Origin: Flavobacteriales bacterium
GTDB lineage: Bacteria; Bacteroidota; Bacteroidia; Flavobacteriales_F; PHOS-HE28
DNA length: 58,277 nt
Direction of reading: 5' to 3'
Assembly: GCA_036405935.1 (NCBI GenBank)
Contig: DASWWQ010000030.1
Location: forward strand, 1 to 58,277
Part shown: piece by piece, positions 35,768-45,588 of the stretch
Position numbering within the stretch: the stretch's first letter is position 1
How the letters are laid out: every line of letters begins with the position of its first letter
Notes under the pieces: model-generated
What the model was told of the DNA's origin: nothing
Database searches by the model: none
Seen by the model: only the letters and a program-made list of their open reading frames with translations
Made by a program: the position numbers and the translations under genes

Positions 35768-38700
35768 GGCTCCTCTCCGATGGTCTCGCATTCCCATTGT
35801 CTGCGTTGGCGGGCCTGGGGCTTCCGTGTGGCCGCTCCGTTGCGTTTGGCCACCAGCATCTTGGCGATGATCCGGGCCCTTTCCGCCCGCACGAGCGCTT
35901 CCTGTTGCGCGGTCTCCGCGGCATCGTAGTAGCGCACACCGTCCACGAAGGTCATCTCCACCTTGGCGTCGATGCTCAGCGGATCGGCGCTCCAGAGCAC
36001 CAGGTCCGCATCCTTGCCCTTCTCCAGGCTGCCCATGCGCGCATCGAGGTGCAGGGCCTTGGCCGGGTTCAGGGTCACCATCTTCCAGGCTTCCTCGGCA
36101 GGCACCCCACCGTACTTGATGGTCTTCGCGGCCTCCTGGTTGAGGCGGCGCCCCATCTCCGCATCATCACTGTTGATGCAGGTGTTCACGCCTTGGGCGT
36201 GCAGCAGGGCTGCGTTGTAGGGGATGGCATCGGCCACCTCGAACTTGTAGGCCCACCAATCGCTGAAGGTGCTGGCGTTGGTGCCGTGCGCCTGGATCGG
36301 TCCGGCCACCTTGTAGCCTTCGAGCACATGGGTGAAGGTGTTCACCCGGAAGCCGAGGCTATCGGCCACGCGCAGCAGCATCAGGATCTCGCTGCGCACG
36401 TAGCTGTGGCAGGTGATGTGGCGTTTGCCCTCGAGGATCTCCACCAACGCATCCAGCTGCAGGTCGCGGCGCGGTGCGGCGGTGGCGGCCTTCTCCTTCG
36501 GTTTCAACCCATCGTAGGTGGACCATTCCCGCGCATACTCCTTGGCCCTGCGGAAAGCATCCTGGAAGACCTGTTCCACCCCCATACGCGTCTGCGGGAA
36601 CCGGCTGCCGGCAATGCCCCAGTTGCTCTGTTTCACGTTCTCTCCCAAGGCGAACTTGATGGTACCCTCCGCACCGGCGATGCGCAGGCCTTCCGCATCG
36701 CGACCATGGCGCAACTTGATCAACGAGCTCTGCCCGCCGATGCTGTTGGCCGAACCGTGCAACTGCTGCACCGCCGTAACGCCCCCCGCCAGCGAACGGT
36801 GGATGTCCACCGCATCGGGGTCGATCACATCGCTCACGCGTACCTCGCTGGTCACCGAGTGTGAACCCTCGTTCACCCCCCGGCTGATCGCGATGTGCGA
36901 GTGCTCATCGATGATGCCGCTGGTGAGGTGCTTGCCCGTGGCATCCACCTCCAGCACGTCCACATGGCCCTTGGGGAAGAGCTGTTCCTTGCGCAGGTCC
37001 TTGCCCACGGCGAACACGCGACCCTCGTGGATGCAGACATCGGTCTGGCGCAGGATGCCTTCCGGACCGTTGGTCCACACCGTGGCGCGGCGGAAGATCA
37101 CCGTCTGCGTATCCGGAAGCGTGGTGCGCCCGAAGGCGCTCATCGGATACCACACCACCCCGCTGGGTGCGGACCAGAGGCTGTCCAATGCATCGGGCTT
37201 GTTACGCTCGCGATCCCCACCCTTGCTCCGTTCACGCACGGCGTTCCAAGGCACCCATTGTTCGCCGGGGAGCAGGCCTTGGCCATCCCAGATGCCACCG
37301 CGTTCGTGCACCACCCCGTTCAGACGCACCGGGCCGGGATACCCGAAACGTTGCCCCTCGAACCAGAGCGTCACCACCGGTGCGGTCGACCGCAGGTCCA
37401 CCTTCACCGAAGTGGTATCGCCCGAGACCGTTCGCAGTTCGGCCGAAGGCTTGTCCCCACCTTTCACGGTCAGCTTCAGTACCACCCCGCCGATGTTCAG
37501 GTCATAACGACCGGCCAGGACCTGGGCCTCACGCTGGCGGTGCACGGTGCGCTGTCCATCGGCCCAGGTCTCCTGGATCACATTACGCGGATCGAGGAGG
37601 TGCGCCGAGCTGATGATCAGGTCGGCGCGCATCCCCGGCTTCAGGCGGCCCACCTGTTCCTCCAATCGGAAGAGCTTTGCGGGCACGGTGGTCAATGCGG
37701 CGATGGCATCGGCGGTATCCAGTCCCGCCCGCACCATACGACGCAGGTTGGGCCACACTTCGGGCAGCTCCTTCAGTCCGTGCGTCGTGAAAGTGAAGAC
37801 GCCATCGGCTTCCGCGATGCGGGCCGCATTGCTGGCTGCAAGCTCCCAATGCTTCAGGTCGGACAACGGCACCTCCAAGGCCTCGAAAGGGTCTTCCACA
37901 TCGAAGGCTTCGGGCAAGGACAACGGCACGATGAGGGGTTGGCGTGTGGCGAGGATGTCGGCGAGGCGGCCGTACTCATCACCCGCGCCCTTCACGATGA
38001 ACGACAGCCCGAACTCCTGGGCGATGCGTGCCGCACGGAGGATGTTGTCGCGGCCCTCGGCCTCGAACACCAAGGGCAGGTCGAGCTGGTCGTTCAGCGC
38101 CTGCAGCTCGGTATCGCTTTGTTCACGGTGACCGGAAGCGGAGTACCATCGGGCATCGTACATCACTTGGCGCAGCAGCGCGATGCTGCCCATGAGCGAG
38201 CTGGGATAGGCATCGGGCGAGCTGCCTTTCCGGAAGGAGAAATGGGCGGAGGCCCGTGGCAGGCGCACGTCCTGTGCCGGGCCACGACCGGCGAGGGAGA
38301 GGGCACATCCGGTACCGCGAGCGATACCGTCCATGCGATGGGTCACCACGGTGGTGAAGCCTTCGGCCCGTAGGGCCTTGGTGCGATCGGCATCCGGCGT
38401 GAAGAGCCGGACGGCATCCGAAGTGGCGTCGATGGCCCGGTTCCAATAGCGGGCCCCGGTCCTGGCGGTCTTCTCCTCCCCGGCCTTCCCGGTCAGCCCC
38501 AGGTCACTGTACGGCTCGATCAATCCGGGCCAGACATGCGCACCCTTCAGGTCGTACACGATGGCGTTGCGGGGCGCATCCACACGCGGACCCACGGCCA
38601 CGATCCGGTCATCGCTGATCACCAAGGTCGCATCGCGCATCACCTCACCGGGCGCGGGATGCAGGGTGGCATGGGTGAAGGCCACCACCACGGCGGCACG

Positions 38701-38793
38701 GTCGTGCGGACCATTGATGGGGGTGGTCACCTGGGCGTGCAGGGTACCGACCAACAGGCCCGGCAGCAGGATGGAGCAAAAGCGATGTTCCAC
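35764..38793 (-). CDS. large two-module amidohydrolase family protein
   Basis: The N-terminal module has YDLKGAHVWPGLIEPYSDLGL. The second module has VDATGKHLTSGIIDEHSHIAISRG (HxH present) and a C-terminal GSLEKGKDADLVLW. Start placed at GTG 38793, giving MEHRFCSILLPGLLVGTLHAQ as signal peptide; the ORF extends to GTG 38874. Confidence 0.8.
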   Translation of the reverse strand: MEHRFCSILLPGLLVGTLHAQVTTPINGPHDRAAVVVAFTHATLHPAPGEVMRDATLVISDDRIVAVGPRVDAPRNAIVYDLKGAHVWPGLIEPYSDLGLTGKAGEEKTARTGARYWNRAIDATSDAVRLFTPDADRTKALRAEGFTTVVTHRMDGIARGTGCALSLAGRGPAQDVRLPRASAHFSFRKGSSPDAYPSSLMGSIALLRQVMYDARWYSASGHREQSDTELQALNDQLDLPLVFEAEGRDNILRAARIAQEFGLSFIVKGAGDEYGRLADILATRQPLIVPLSLPEAFDVEDPFEALEVPLSDLKHWELAASNAARIAEADGVFTFTTHGLKELPEVWPNLRRMVRAGLDTADAIAALTTVPAKLFRLEEQVGRLKPGMRADLIISSAHLLDPRNVIQETWADGQRTVHRQREAQVLAGRYDLNIGGVVLKLTVKGGDKPSAELRTVSGDTTSVKVDLRSTAPVVTLWFEGQRFGYPGPVRLNGVVHERGGIWDGQGLLPGEQWVPWNAVRERSKGGDRERNKPDALDSLWSAPSGVVWYPMSAFGRTTLPDTQTVIFRRATVWTNGPEGILRQTDVCIHEGRVFAVGKDLRKEQLFPKGHVDVLEVDATGKHLTSGIIDEHSHIAISRGVNEGSHSVTSEVRVSDVIDPDAVDIHRSLAGGVTAVQQLHGSANSIGGQSSLIKLRHGRDAEGLRIAGAEGTIKFALGENVKQSNWGIAGSRFPQTRMGVEQVFQDAFRRAKEYAREWSTYDGLKPKEKAATAAPRRDLQLDALVEILEGKRHITCHSYVRSEILMLLRVADSLGFRVNTFTHVLEGYKVAGPIQAHGTNASTFSDWWAYKFEVADAIPYNAALLHAQGVNTCINSDDAEMGRRLNQEAAKTIKYGGVPAEEAWKMVTLNPAKALHLDARMGSLEKGKDADLVLWSADPLSIDAKVEMTFVDGVRYYDAAETAQQEALVRAERARIIAKMLVAKRNGAATRKPQARQRRQWECETIGEEP

Positions 38794-38891
38794 GGGGTGG
38801 GCGAATGTAGGCCCGGGGCCGGTGAAGGCCGGGATGCGGTGCCGGGAGCTTGTCCACAGCGATGCGGGGTGCACCGCAACACAGGCTCCGC

Positions 38892-38899
38892 TACTTTAG
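38892..38899 (+). promoter_or_regulatory. near-consensus -7 box (TACTTTAG)
   Basis: One mismatch to TAnnTTTG. It lies 24 nt upstream of ATG 38924. Confidence 0.3.
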
Positions 38900-38923
38900 C
38901 GCACCGCCACAGCCCCGAACGCC

Positions 38924-39373
38924 ATGAACGCCGGACTTTTCTCCATCGCGGAGTTCTTCCACAGCCTGCTCCGGTGGGGCGTGTTAATCACCGTGGCCAT
39001 GGCGGGTCTATTCGCCCTCCGCGGCTATCTCCGGCGCGAACCCATCATCGGTTGGCATCGCGCGGTGGCCATGGTGGCCATGGTGTTCTGCCACCTGCAG
39101 CTGGTGGTCGGTGCGCTGCTCTACGGACTCCGCTTCAAGACGTTCCAGTTCATGCCGCCGGACCAGGCGCGGTTCTGGAAGATGGAACACCTCGGCATGA
39201 TGATCATCGCCATCGTGCTGGTCACCATCGGCCACAGCACCAGCAAACGGGCGCACGACGAGCAGAAGAAACAGCTGCGCATCGCCGTGTACTACCTGAT
39301 CGCGCTGCTGATCTTCGTGGTCATGATCCCATGGCCCTTCACCGCCAACGGCGCCGGACGCGGATGGTTGTGA
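38924..39373 (+). CDS. integral membrane protein, 4 TM helices with conserved His (possible cytochrome b-like)
   Basis: 149 aa. FHSLLRWGVLITVAMAGLF, WHRAVAMVAMVFCHLQLVVGALLYG, MEHLGMMIIAIVLVTIGHS and IAVYYLIALLIFVVMIPWPF. No confident family call. Confidence 0.55.
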   Translation: MNAGLFSIAEFFHSLLRWGVLITVAMAGLFALRGYLRREPIIGWHRAVAMVAMVFCHLQLVVGALLYGLRFKTFQFMPPDQARFWKMEHLGMMIIAIVLVTIGHSTSKRAHDEQKKQLRIAVYYLIALLIFVVMIPWPFTANGAGRGWL

Positions 39374-39705
39374 GCCGGATCCTCACCGTGTTGTGCATCG
39401 GCGTGGCGCTGGCCGCGTCCTGTGGGAGCAGCGACGCCCCTGCCGTGGAAGCAACGGCCGCCACCTCCATGGCCATCGATGGCGCGCGGATCTTCAACAC
39501 CCAATGCTCCATGTGCCATGGGCGCAAGGGCGATCAAAGCCTCAGCGGCGCCAAGCTCTTGAACAAGAGCATCCTGACCAAGGAGCAGATGAACGCCATC
39601 GTCACCTACGGCAAAGCCGGCATGATGGCCTACAAGGACCGCCTGACCGCTGCGGAGATCCAGGCCGTGGTGGACCATGCCTACACGTTGCGCGACCCGA
39701 AATGA
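39364..39705 (+). CDS. class I c-type cytochrome lipoprotein
   Basis: The 3' part of track ORF 38536-39705. MVVSRILTVLCIGVALAASC (lipobox), the CSMCH heme-binding motif and a distal Met (GMMAY). Overlaps the upstream gene by 10 nt and hflX by ATGA. Confidence 0.75.
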   Translation: MVVSRILTVLCIGVALAASCGSSDAPAVEATAATSMAIDGARIFNTQCSMCHGRKGDQSLSGAKLLNKSILTKEQMNAIVTYGKAGMMAYKDRLTAAEIQAVVDHAYTLRDPK

Positions 39706-40958
39706 TCGACGACCTCTCGACCCGTATCCAAGCGGAGACCGCCGTGCTCATCGGTCTGGGAACGGACCAACAGACGATGGACCAGGTGAAGGAATACCTG
39801 GAGGAACTGGAGTTCCTGGCCTCCACGGCGGAGATCACCACGCTGAAGACCTTCACCCAGCGGCTGCACCGCCCCGACGGCCGCACGTACATCGGCTCCG
39901 GCAAGATGCAGGAGGTGAAGGACTGGATGGAACAGAACGCGCCCGGCGCCTGCGTGATCTTCGACGATGAACTGACCCCCGCGCAACAACGCAACATCGA
40001 GAAGGACCTCGGCCGCGCGGTGCTCGACCGTCCCCGGCTGATCCTGGACATCTTCGCCCGCCGTGCCCGCACCGCGCACGCCAAGACCCAAGTGGAGCTG
40101 GCGCAGTACGAATACATGCTGCCCCGGCTCACCAAGCTCTGGACCCACTTGGAGCGCCAGCGCGGGGGCACCGGCACACGCGGTGGTTCCGGCGAGCAGG
40201 AGATCGAGACCGACCGCCGTTTGGTACGCGACCGGATCGCCCTCCTGAAAGGGCAGCTCAAGGACATCGACCGGCAGAAGGCCATCCAGCGCGGCAACCG
40301 CGGCAAGCTGACCCGCGTGGCCCTGGTGGGCTACACCAACGTGGGCAAGAGCACGCTGATGAACCTGCTGAGCAAGAGCGAGGTCTTCGCGGAGAACAAG
40401 CTCTTCGCCACGCTGGACACCACGGTGCGCAAGGTGGTGCTGGGCAACCTGCCCTTCCTGCTGAGCGACACGGTGGGTTTCATCCGCAAGCTGCCCCACC
40501 AGCTGGTGGAGAGCTTCAAGAGCACCCTCGACGAGACCCGCGAGGCCGATCTGCTGCTGCATGTGGTGGACATCAGCCATCCCAACTTCGAAGGCCAGTA
40601 CGATACGGTGAAGAGCACCTTGCAGGAGATCGGTGCCGGGGGCAAGCCCACCATCGTGGTCTTCAACAAGATCGACGCCTACCGTCCGGCACCGCACGAC
40701 CCGCACGACCTGGCTCCCAAGCGTGAGGACCAGTACACCCTCCAGGAACTGCAGCAAACGTGGATGGCCCGCATGAACGGCGAGGAGTGCATCTTCATCA
40801 GCGCCGTGGCCAAGGACAACATCGATGGGCTCCGCAGGCTGGTCTACGAGCGGGTGAAGGACATCCACCTCAGCCGCTACCCCTACGAGAAGGACCTCCT
40901 CTACCAGGAATGGATGCTCGGCCCGGACGACGAAGCCACCGAGGACCATCCCGAATAA
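39702..40958 (+). CDS. hflX: GTPase HflX
   Basis: An N-terminal HflX domain, then ALVGYTNVGKSTLMN (G1), DTVGF (G3) and NKID (G4). Start at ATG 39702 (MIDDLSTRIQAE), in frame with the longer track ORF. Confidence 0.92.
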   Translation: MIDDLSTRIQAETAVLIGLGTDQQTMDQVKEYLEELEFLASTAEITTLKTFTQRLHRPDGRTYIGSGKMQEVKDWMEQNAPGACVIFDDELTPAQQRNIEKDLGRAVLDRPRLILDIFARRARTAHAKTQVELAQYEYMLPRLTKLWTHLERQRGGTGTRGGSGEQEIETDRRLVRDRIALLKGQLKDIDRQKAIQRGNRGKLTRVALVGYTNVGKSTLMNLLSKSEVFAENKLFATLDTTVRKVVLGNLPFLLSDTVGFIRKLPHQLVESFKSTLDETREADLLLHVVDISHPNFEGQYDTVKSTLQEIGAGGKPTIVVFNKIDAYRPAPHDPHDLAPKREDQYTLQELQQTWMARMNGEECIFISAVAKDNIDGLRRLVYERVKDIHLSRYPYEKDLLYQEWMLGPDDEATEDHPE

Positions 40959-41147
40959 GCAGCGGTGCACGGCCACCCATCGACCCGATAGGACCAGCGG
41001 TGACCTCTATATACGGGGTTGAATGGGGGCCGGTATACGCCAGTGGTCCCCACCTACGTTGTGCGTGAGTAACAATGCCTTGTGGACGATCGGCCGGTGG
41101 GCGGGGCCCAAGGCTTGACCCGCACCGGACCTTTGCATCCCTTACCC

Positions 41148-43802
41148 ATGTTCCGCCTTCTCCTCCGCATCGGCCTGATCGGCCTTGCCTGTGCAGCCCT
41201 CCTGCTGGGCACGCTGGTGGTGATCGCCCATGTGTACGAAGAGGAGGTGAAGGCGAAGCTGGTGGAGGAGCTCAATGCGCACCTGAAGGCACCGCTCCAC
41301 CAGAACGGCATCGAACTCACGCTCATCAAACGCTTTCCCCAGGCCAGCCTGCGCATCCGGGATGTGCTGATGTACGAGGTGCGCACCGACGACCAAGTGG
41401 CCGACACCTTGGTCCATGCCGAGGATCTCTACTTGGAATTCGGCCTGCTTTCCTTGTTGACCGGGAACTACACCATCAGCGAGGTGCACGGGAAGAACGT
41501 GCGGCTGAACGCCGGTTTCGATACGAACGGCGCCGAGAACTGGCTGGTGTGGAAGACCGACAGCACCTCCACCGGTGGTGCCGACCTCGACCTCAAGCAG
41601 GTGACCTTCGACGGGCTGCGCCCGAGCTACCACGACGACCGAAGCGGCACGTGGATCCATGGGCGCAGTGCCTCCATGAAGCTGCAGGCACGGTTCCGCG
41701 ATGGGGGCTCCACACTGAAGACCAACGGCGATCTGAACCTGCTCACCTGGTCCGACGCCAAAGGGAACATTCTGACCGACCGCACTGCGGAACTGCGGCT
41801 CACCTTGGAATTCGGTGGTGCGGACGGCGCCTTCCGCATCACCAAGGGCGAAGTGCTCACGGGCAACACCCCGATCAATGTGACCCTGGCCGTGGAGAAC
41901 GGCGCCAAGGGCCGCACCCTGGACCTGCACGCCAACGGTTTCGGACTGGGCCTGGCCGATATCGTAGCGCTGCTACCCGAAGGCATCAACCGTCCGCTGC
42001 GCCACTACGGCCTGAAGGGCAAGGCGGACCTGGCCCTGCGCTACAGCGGTCCCCTCGATGCGCTGGTGCTCACCGCCGGCATGGGCCTGAAGGAAGGTGA
42101 ACTGAGGGAAACGGCCACCGGCACCACCTTCCGGGATGTGCGTGGGGAATTCGCCCTCGAGCTCGACCCCAGCGGGTCGCCCCGTAAGATCACGGTGAAG
42201 GACCTGCATGCCCGCTCGTCCAGCGGCAACCTGAGCGGCAACCTGCAGTTGAACGGCCTGACGAAGGCCAAGGTGAAGGCCGACATCAAGGGTGATCTCG
42301 CGTTGGCCGACCTCTTGCGTTTCGCGCGGGTGGACACGCTGGAGCAGGTGGAAGGCCGTCTGCATGCCGACGTGCATGTGAACGGTACCGTGCGCGATGC
42401 CGGTAACATCCGCGCCGCCGATCTGCGCGCCCTGGCCATCACCGGCACCGCCCAGCTGCGCGATGCTTCGCTGAAGCTGAAGGGGGTCCGCCACCGCATC
42501 ACGGGACTCAACGCGGAACTGGCCTTGGCCGGCAACGATGCCCATGTGCACGGCCTGCGCTGCAACCTGCAGGGCAATTCCATCGAGCTCACCGGCACGC
42601 TGCGCAACCTGATGCCCTATGCCTTCTTCCCCGGTGAAAGCCTGGCGATCGAGGCCAAGGGCCGTTCGCCCCGCTTGGACCTGGCCACCCTGCTGGTGGA
42701 GGAAGGCACCTCCACCCCCCGCAAGGGCGACTACACGTTCCGGCTTCCCGCCTTGATCGCACTCGACCTGAAGGCCGACATCGGCACCTTGGTGATGGAA
42801 CATTTCACGGCGGAACGGATCCAAGGGACCGTTCGGTTGCAGGATCGCGTGCTGAGCGTGTCACCGCTCTCCTTCTCCACCGCACAGGGCAGCGTGCGCG
42901 GCAGTCTCCGGCTCGACGGTCGGGGCGAGGGTGCGTATCCGCTGACGGTGGAGGCCGATCTCAAGGGCATCGATGTGCCGGCGTTGTTCGCCGAGTTCCA
43001 GGATTTCGGCCAGACCTTCCTCACCCACAAGCACCTCAACGGCACCGGCGACGCCAAGCTCACGCTCAGCGCCACTTTGCGGTCGGACTTCACGCTGGAC
43101 CAGGACCGGCTCCATTGCATCGCGGATGTCACCGTGACGAACGGGCAACTGAAGGAGCACGCCTCCTTGCTGGCCGTTGCCGATCACCTGCGCCAGAACA
43201 AACTGGTATCCCCGTTCGTGGACACCGAACAGCTGCGGTCCAAGCTGCGCAACGTCACCTTCGCCAAGCTGGAGAACCGCATCGAGATCAAGGACCGCCA
43301 GGTGCACCTGCCGCTGATGACCGTGAGCAGCAGTGTGATGGACCTCGAGGTCAGCGGCGCGCACGGCTTCGATGGGCAGGTCGACGACCACCTGAACTTC
43401 CGGCTCGGCGATCTCTTCCGCACGGCCGACAGCGGTCATGATGAGTTCGGCCCGATCATCGACGACGGAACCGGGCTGCGCATCTTCCTGCACATGTACG
43501 GCACCACCAGCGACCTGAAGTTCGGCAACGACGGGGCCATGGCCGCCGCGAAGCGCAAGGAGAAGATGAAGCAGGAAACGGCCGAACTGAAAGGCATCCT
43601 CAAGGGCATCCTCACCGGGGAAAAGGCCGCGGTGCCGCCTCCACAGCAAGGGCGTATCACGGTGGATTGGAACGGACCGGGCGGGGAACAGCAGACCACG
43701 TCCGCGGTGCCCGCTCCCGCACCCAAGGCGCGCAAAGGCCTGGGCCGCCTGCTCGATCCCAAGGACGACGAGGAGGAGAAGGTGATCATCGACCTGGAGT
43801 AG
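41148..43802 (+). CDS. AsmA family / AsmA-like C-terminal region protein
   Basis: 885 aa. Single N-terminal TM (MFRLLLRIGLIGLACAALLLGTLVVIA), then a long beta-rich periplasmic region of repetitive strands. Start at ATG 41148. Confidence 0.7.
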   Translation: MFRLLLRIGLIGLACAALLLGTLVVIAHVYEEEVKAKLVEELNAHLKAPLHQNGIELTLIKRFPQASLRIRDVLMYEVRTDDQVADTLVHAEDLYLEFGLLSLLTGNYTISEVHGKNVRLNAGFDTNGAENWLVWKTDSTSTGGADLDLKQVTFDGLRPSYHDDRSGTWIHGRSASMKLQARFRDGGSTLKTNGDLNLLTWSDAKGNILTDRTAELRLTLEFGGADGAFRITKGEVLTGNTPINVTLAVENGAKGRTLDLHANGFGLGLADIVALLPEGINRPLRHYGLKGKADLALRYSGPLDALVLTAGMGLKEGELRETATGTTFRDVRGEFALELDPSGSPRKITVKDLHARSSSGNLSGNLQLNGLTKAKVKADIKGDLALADLLRFARVDTLEQVEGRLHADVHVNGTVRDAGNIRAADLRALAITGTAQLRDASLKLKGVRHRITGLNAELALAGNDAHVHGLRCNLQGNSIELTGTLRNLMPYAFFPGESLAIEAKGRSPRLDLATLLVEEGTSTPRKGDYTFRLPALIALDLKADIGTLVMEHFTAERIQGTVRLQDRVLSVSPLSFSTAQGSVRGSLRLDGRGEGAYPLTVEADLKGIDVPALFAEFQDFGQTFLTHKHLNGTGDAKLTLSATLRSDFTLDQDRLHCIADVTVTNGQLKEHASLLAVADHLRQNKLVSPFVDTEQLRSKLRNVTFAKLENRIEIKDRQVHLPLMTVSSSVMDLEVSGAHGFDGQVDDHLNFRLGDLFRTADSGHDEFGPIIDDGTGLRIFLHMYGTTSDLKFGNDGAMAAAKRKEKMKQETAELKGILKGILTGEKAAVPPPQQGRITVDWNGPGGEQQTTSAVPAPAPKARKGLGRLLDPKDDEEEKVIIDLE

Positions 43803-43813
43803 ACTGAGCGGGT

Positions 43814-44010
43814 CCCACACGGAGGCACGGAGCCATTCGTTGTTTACCGGTTGCGCTGCTGCACCGAGTGCGCGGATGAATTCTTCCCGCATGGAGACAC
43901 GGGCCCTCTCCTCGGGTGGAGTTGAGGGGAAGGTCTCTCCACGGTCGTTGCACCGTTCGGGTGGATCATCTCCGCGCTCTCTGGGTCCCAGCGCCTCAGC
44001 GGTGAAGGAA
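43814..44010. repeat. degenerate composite copy of the CACAGAGGCACAGAG / GGTGAAGGAA repeat family, also carrying a CCCTCTCCTCGGG hairpin-like motif
   Basis: The left end is cccacacggaggcacggag. The right end gcctcagcggtgaaggaa compares with gcctctgtggtgaaggaa at 26786-26803. Internal ccctctcctcgggtggag (43904-43921) resembles the hairpin at 54347-54364. Confidence 0.4.
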
Positions 44011-44049
44011 CCTAGCGTCCGATCCCCGAACTTCACCCCCTTACCGTCC

Positions 44050-45585
44050 GTGCGCAAGATCGACCTCTATTCCCGGAAGCAGAACTGGAAGCTGGTGCTG
44101 GCCATGGTGGCGCTGTGCATCGTTGGTGCATCGCTCTACTACAGCGGGCGCATCGTGGAGAAGGTGCGGCAGGAGGAGCGCCGCAAGGTGGAGCTCTGGG
44201 CGCAGGCCGTGCGCAGCCGTGCGCAACTGGTGAACTACACCGACTCGCTCTTCCACAGCCTGCGCGAAGAGGAGCGCAAACGCGTCGAGCTGTGGGCCGA
44301 GGCCACCGGCCGCCTGCTGAGCAACGATCCCGGGGACCTCAGCTTCTACCTGAAGGTGATCAGTGAGAACACCACCATCCCGGTGATGATCACCGACGCG
44401 AAGGGCGATATCCTCAGCAACCGGAACCTCGATCCTTCGATCATGCAGGATACCGCTTCGCTCAAGGCCGAGATGGAGGCCATGGCGAAGTTCCATCCCC
44501 CCATCCAGATCGTGCTCTCGGCCAACCAGAAGCAGTTCCTCTACTACAAGGATTCGCGCGTGGTACGCGAGCTGGAGCAGGTGATGGACACCATCATCGG
44601 GCGCTTCATCAGCGAGACCGTGATGAGCAGCGCCGCCCTGCCGGTGATCTTCACGGACAGCAGCCGCACCCGCCTGATCGAGTTCAGCAACATCGACAGC
44701 AGCGCGGTGAACACACCCGAGCGCCTCGCCGCCCGGATCGCCGAGATGGCCGCCATCAACCCACCGATAGAGATCGTGCTGGCGGGCCGTGGCACCAACC
44801 ACATCTTCTACGAGGAAAGCCTCATCATCACGCAGCTGCGCTACTTCCCCTACGTGCAGCTGGTGATCATCGGCCTCTTCCTCCTGGTGAGCTACGCGCT
44901 CTTCAGCCTGTTCCGCAACGCCGAGCAGAACCAGGTGTGGGTGGGCATGGCGAAGGAGACGGCCCACCAATTGGGCACGCCGTTGAGTTCGTTGATGGCC
45001 TGGATGGAACTGCTGAAGGACAGCGGCACCGATCCCGCGGCCGTGAACGAGATGCGCAAGGATGTGGACCGCCTGGAGGTGATCACGGAGCGTTTCAGCA
45101 AGATCGGGTCAGCGCCGGAGCTCACCATGGAAAAGCTCTACCACACGCTGCGCGCCACGGTGCTCTATCTCCGCCCGCGCCTGCCGGGCCGCGTGCGCAT
45201 CGAAGTGGAGCAGCCGGCCGACATCGAGCTGGAAGTGCCGCTGAACCGCGCGCTCTTCAGCTGGGTGCTGGAGAACCTGATCCGCAACGCCGTGGACGCC
45301 ATGGAGGGCGAAGGCTCGATCACCATCACCATCGAACGCGATGGCGATGCGGTGCACATCGATGTCACCGACACCGGCAAGGGCATGCCGCCTTCGCAGT
45401 TCAAGAAGGTGTTCCAGCCGGGCTTCACGACGAAGAAACGCGGTTGGGGACTGGGCCTGTCGTTGAGCAAGCGCATCATCGACACCTACCACGATGGCCG
45501 CATCCTCGTGAAGCGCAGCGCACCCGGCAAGGGAACCACGTTCCGCATCACGCTGAACGCGAAGCGGGCGCTACCTGCGGAATAG
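44050..45585 (+). CDS. sensor histidine kinase (orphan; no adjacent response regulator)
   Basis: H-box AHQLGTPLSSLMAWMELL. ATPase motifs NLIRNAVDAM, DTGKGM and GFTTKKRGWGLGLSLSKRII. Start placed at GTG 44050 (VRKIDLYSRKQNWKLVLAMVALCIVGASLYY); the track ORF start at 43840 runs through the repeat element. Confidence 0.85.
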   Translation: MRKIDLYSRKQNWKLVLAMVALCIVGASLYYSGRIVEKVRQEERRKVELWAQAVRSRAQLVNYTDSLFHSLREEERKRVELWAEATGRLLSNDPGDLSFYLKVISENTTIPVMITDAKGDILSNRNLDPSIMQDTASLKAEMEAMAKFHPPIQIVLSANQKQFLYYKDSRVVRELEQVMDTIIGRFISETVMSSAALPVIFTDSSRTRLIEFSNIDSSAVNTPERLAARIAEMAAINPPIEIVLAGRGTNHIFYEESLIITQLRYFPYVQLVIIGLFLLVSYALFSLFRNAEQNQVWVGMAKETAHQLGTPLSSLMAWMELLKDSGTDPAAVNEMRKDVDRLEVITERFSKIGSAPELTMEKLYHTLRATVLYLRPRLPGRVRIEVEQPADIELEVPLNRALFSWVLENLIRNAVDAMEGEGSITITIERDGDAVHIDVTDTGKGMPPSQFKKVFQPGFTTKKRGWGLGLSLSKRIIDTYHDGRILVKRSAPGKGTTFRITLNAKRALPAE

Positions 45586-45588
45586 GCC

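Noticed and set aside
38536-39363. Upstream 276 codons of ORF 38536-39705, and likewise the N-terminal extensions of ORFs 39393-40958 and 46700-47818
   Set aside because: The 38536 ORF's extension overlaps the amidohydrolase and membrane-protein genes. The other two extensions overlap the cytochrome c gene (39364-39705) and the cyclase gene (46707-47468) respectively. All are Arg/Gly/His-rich. Internal ATGs at 39364, 39702 and 47468 give proteins with proper N-termini and stop-start coupling to the upstream gene.
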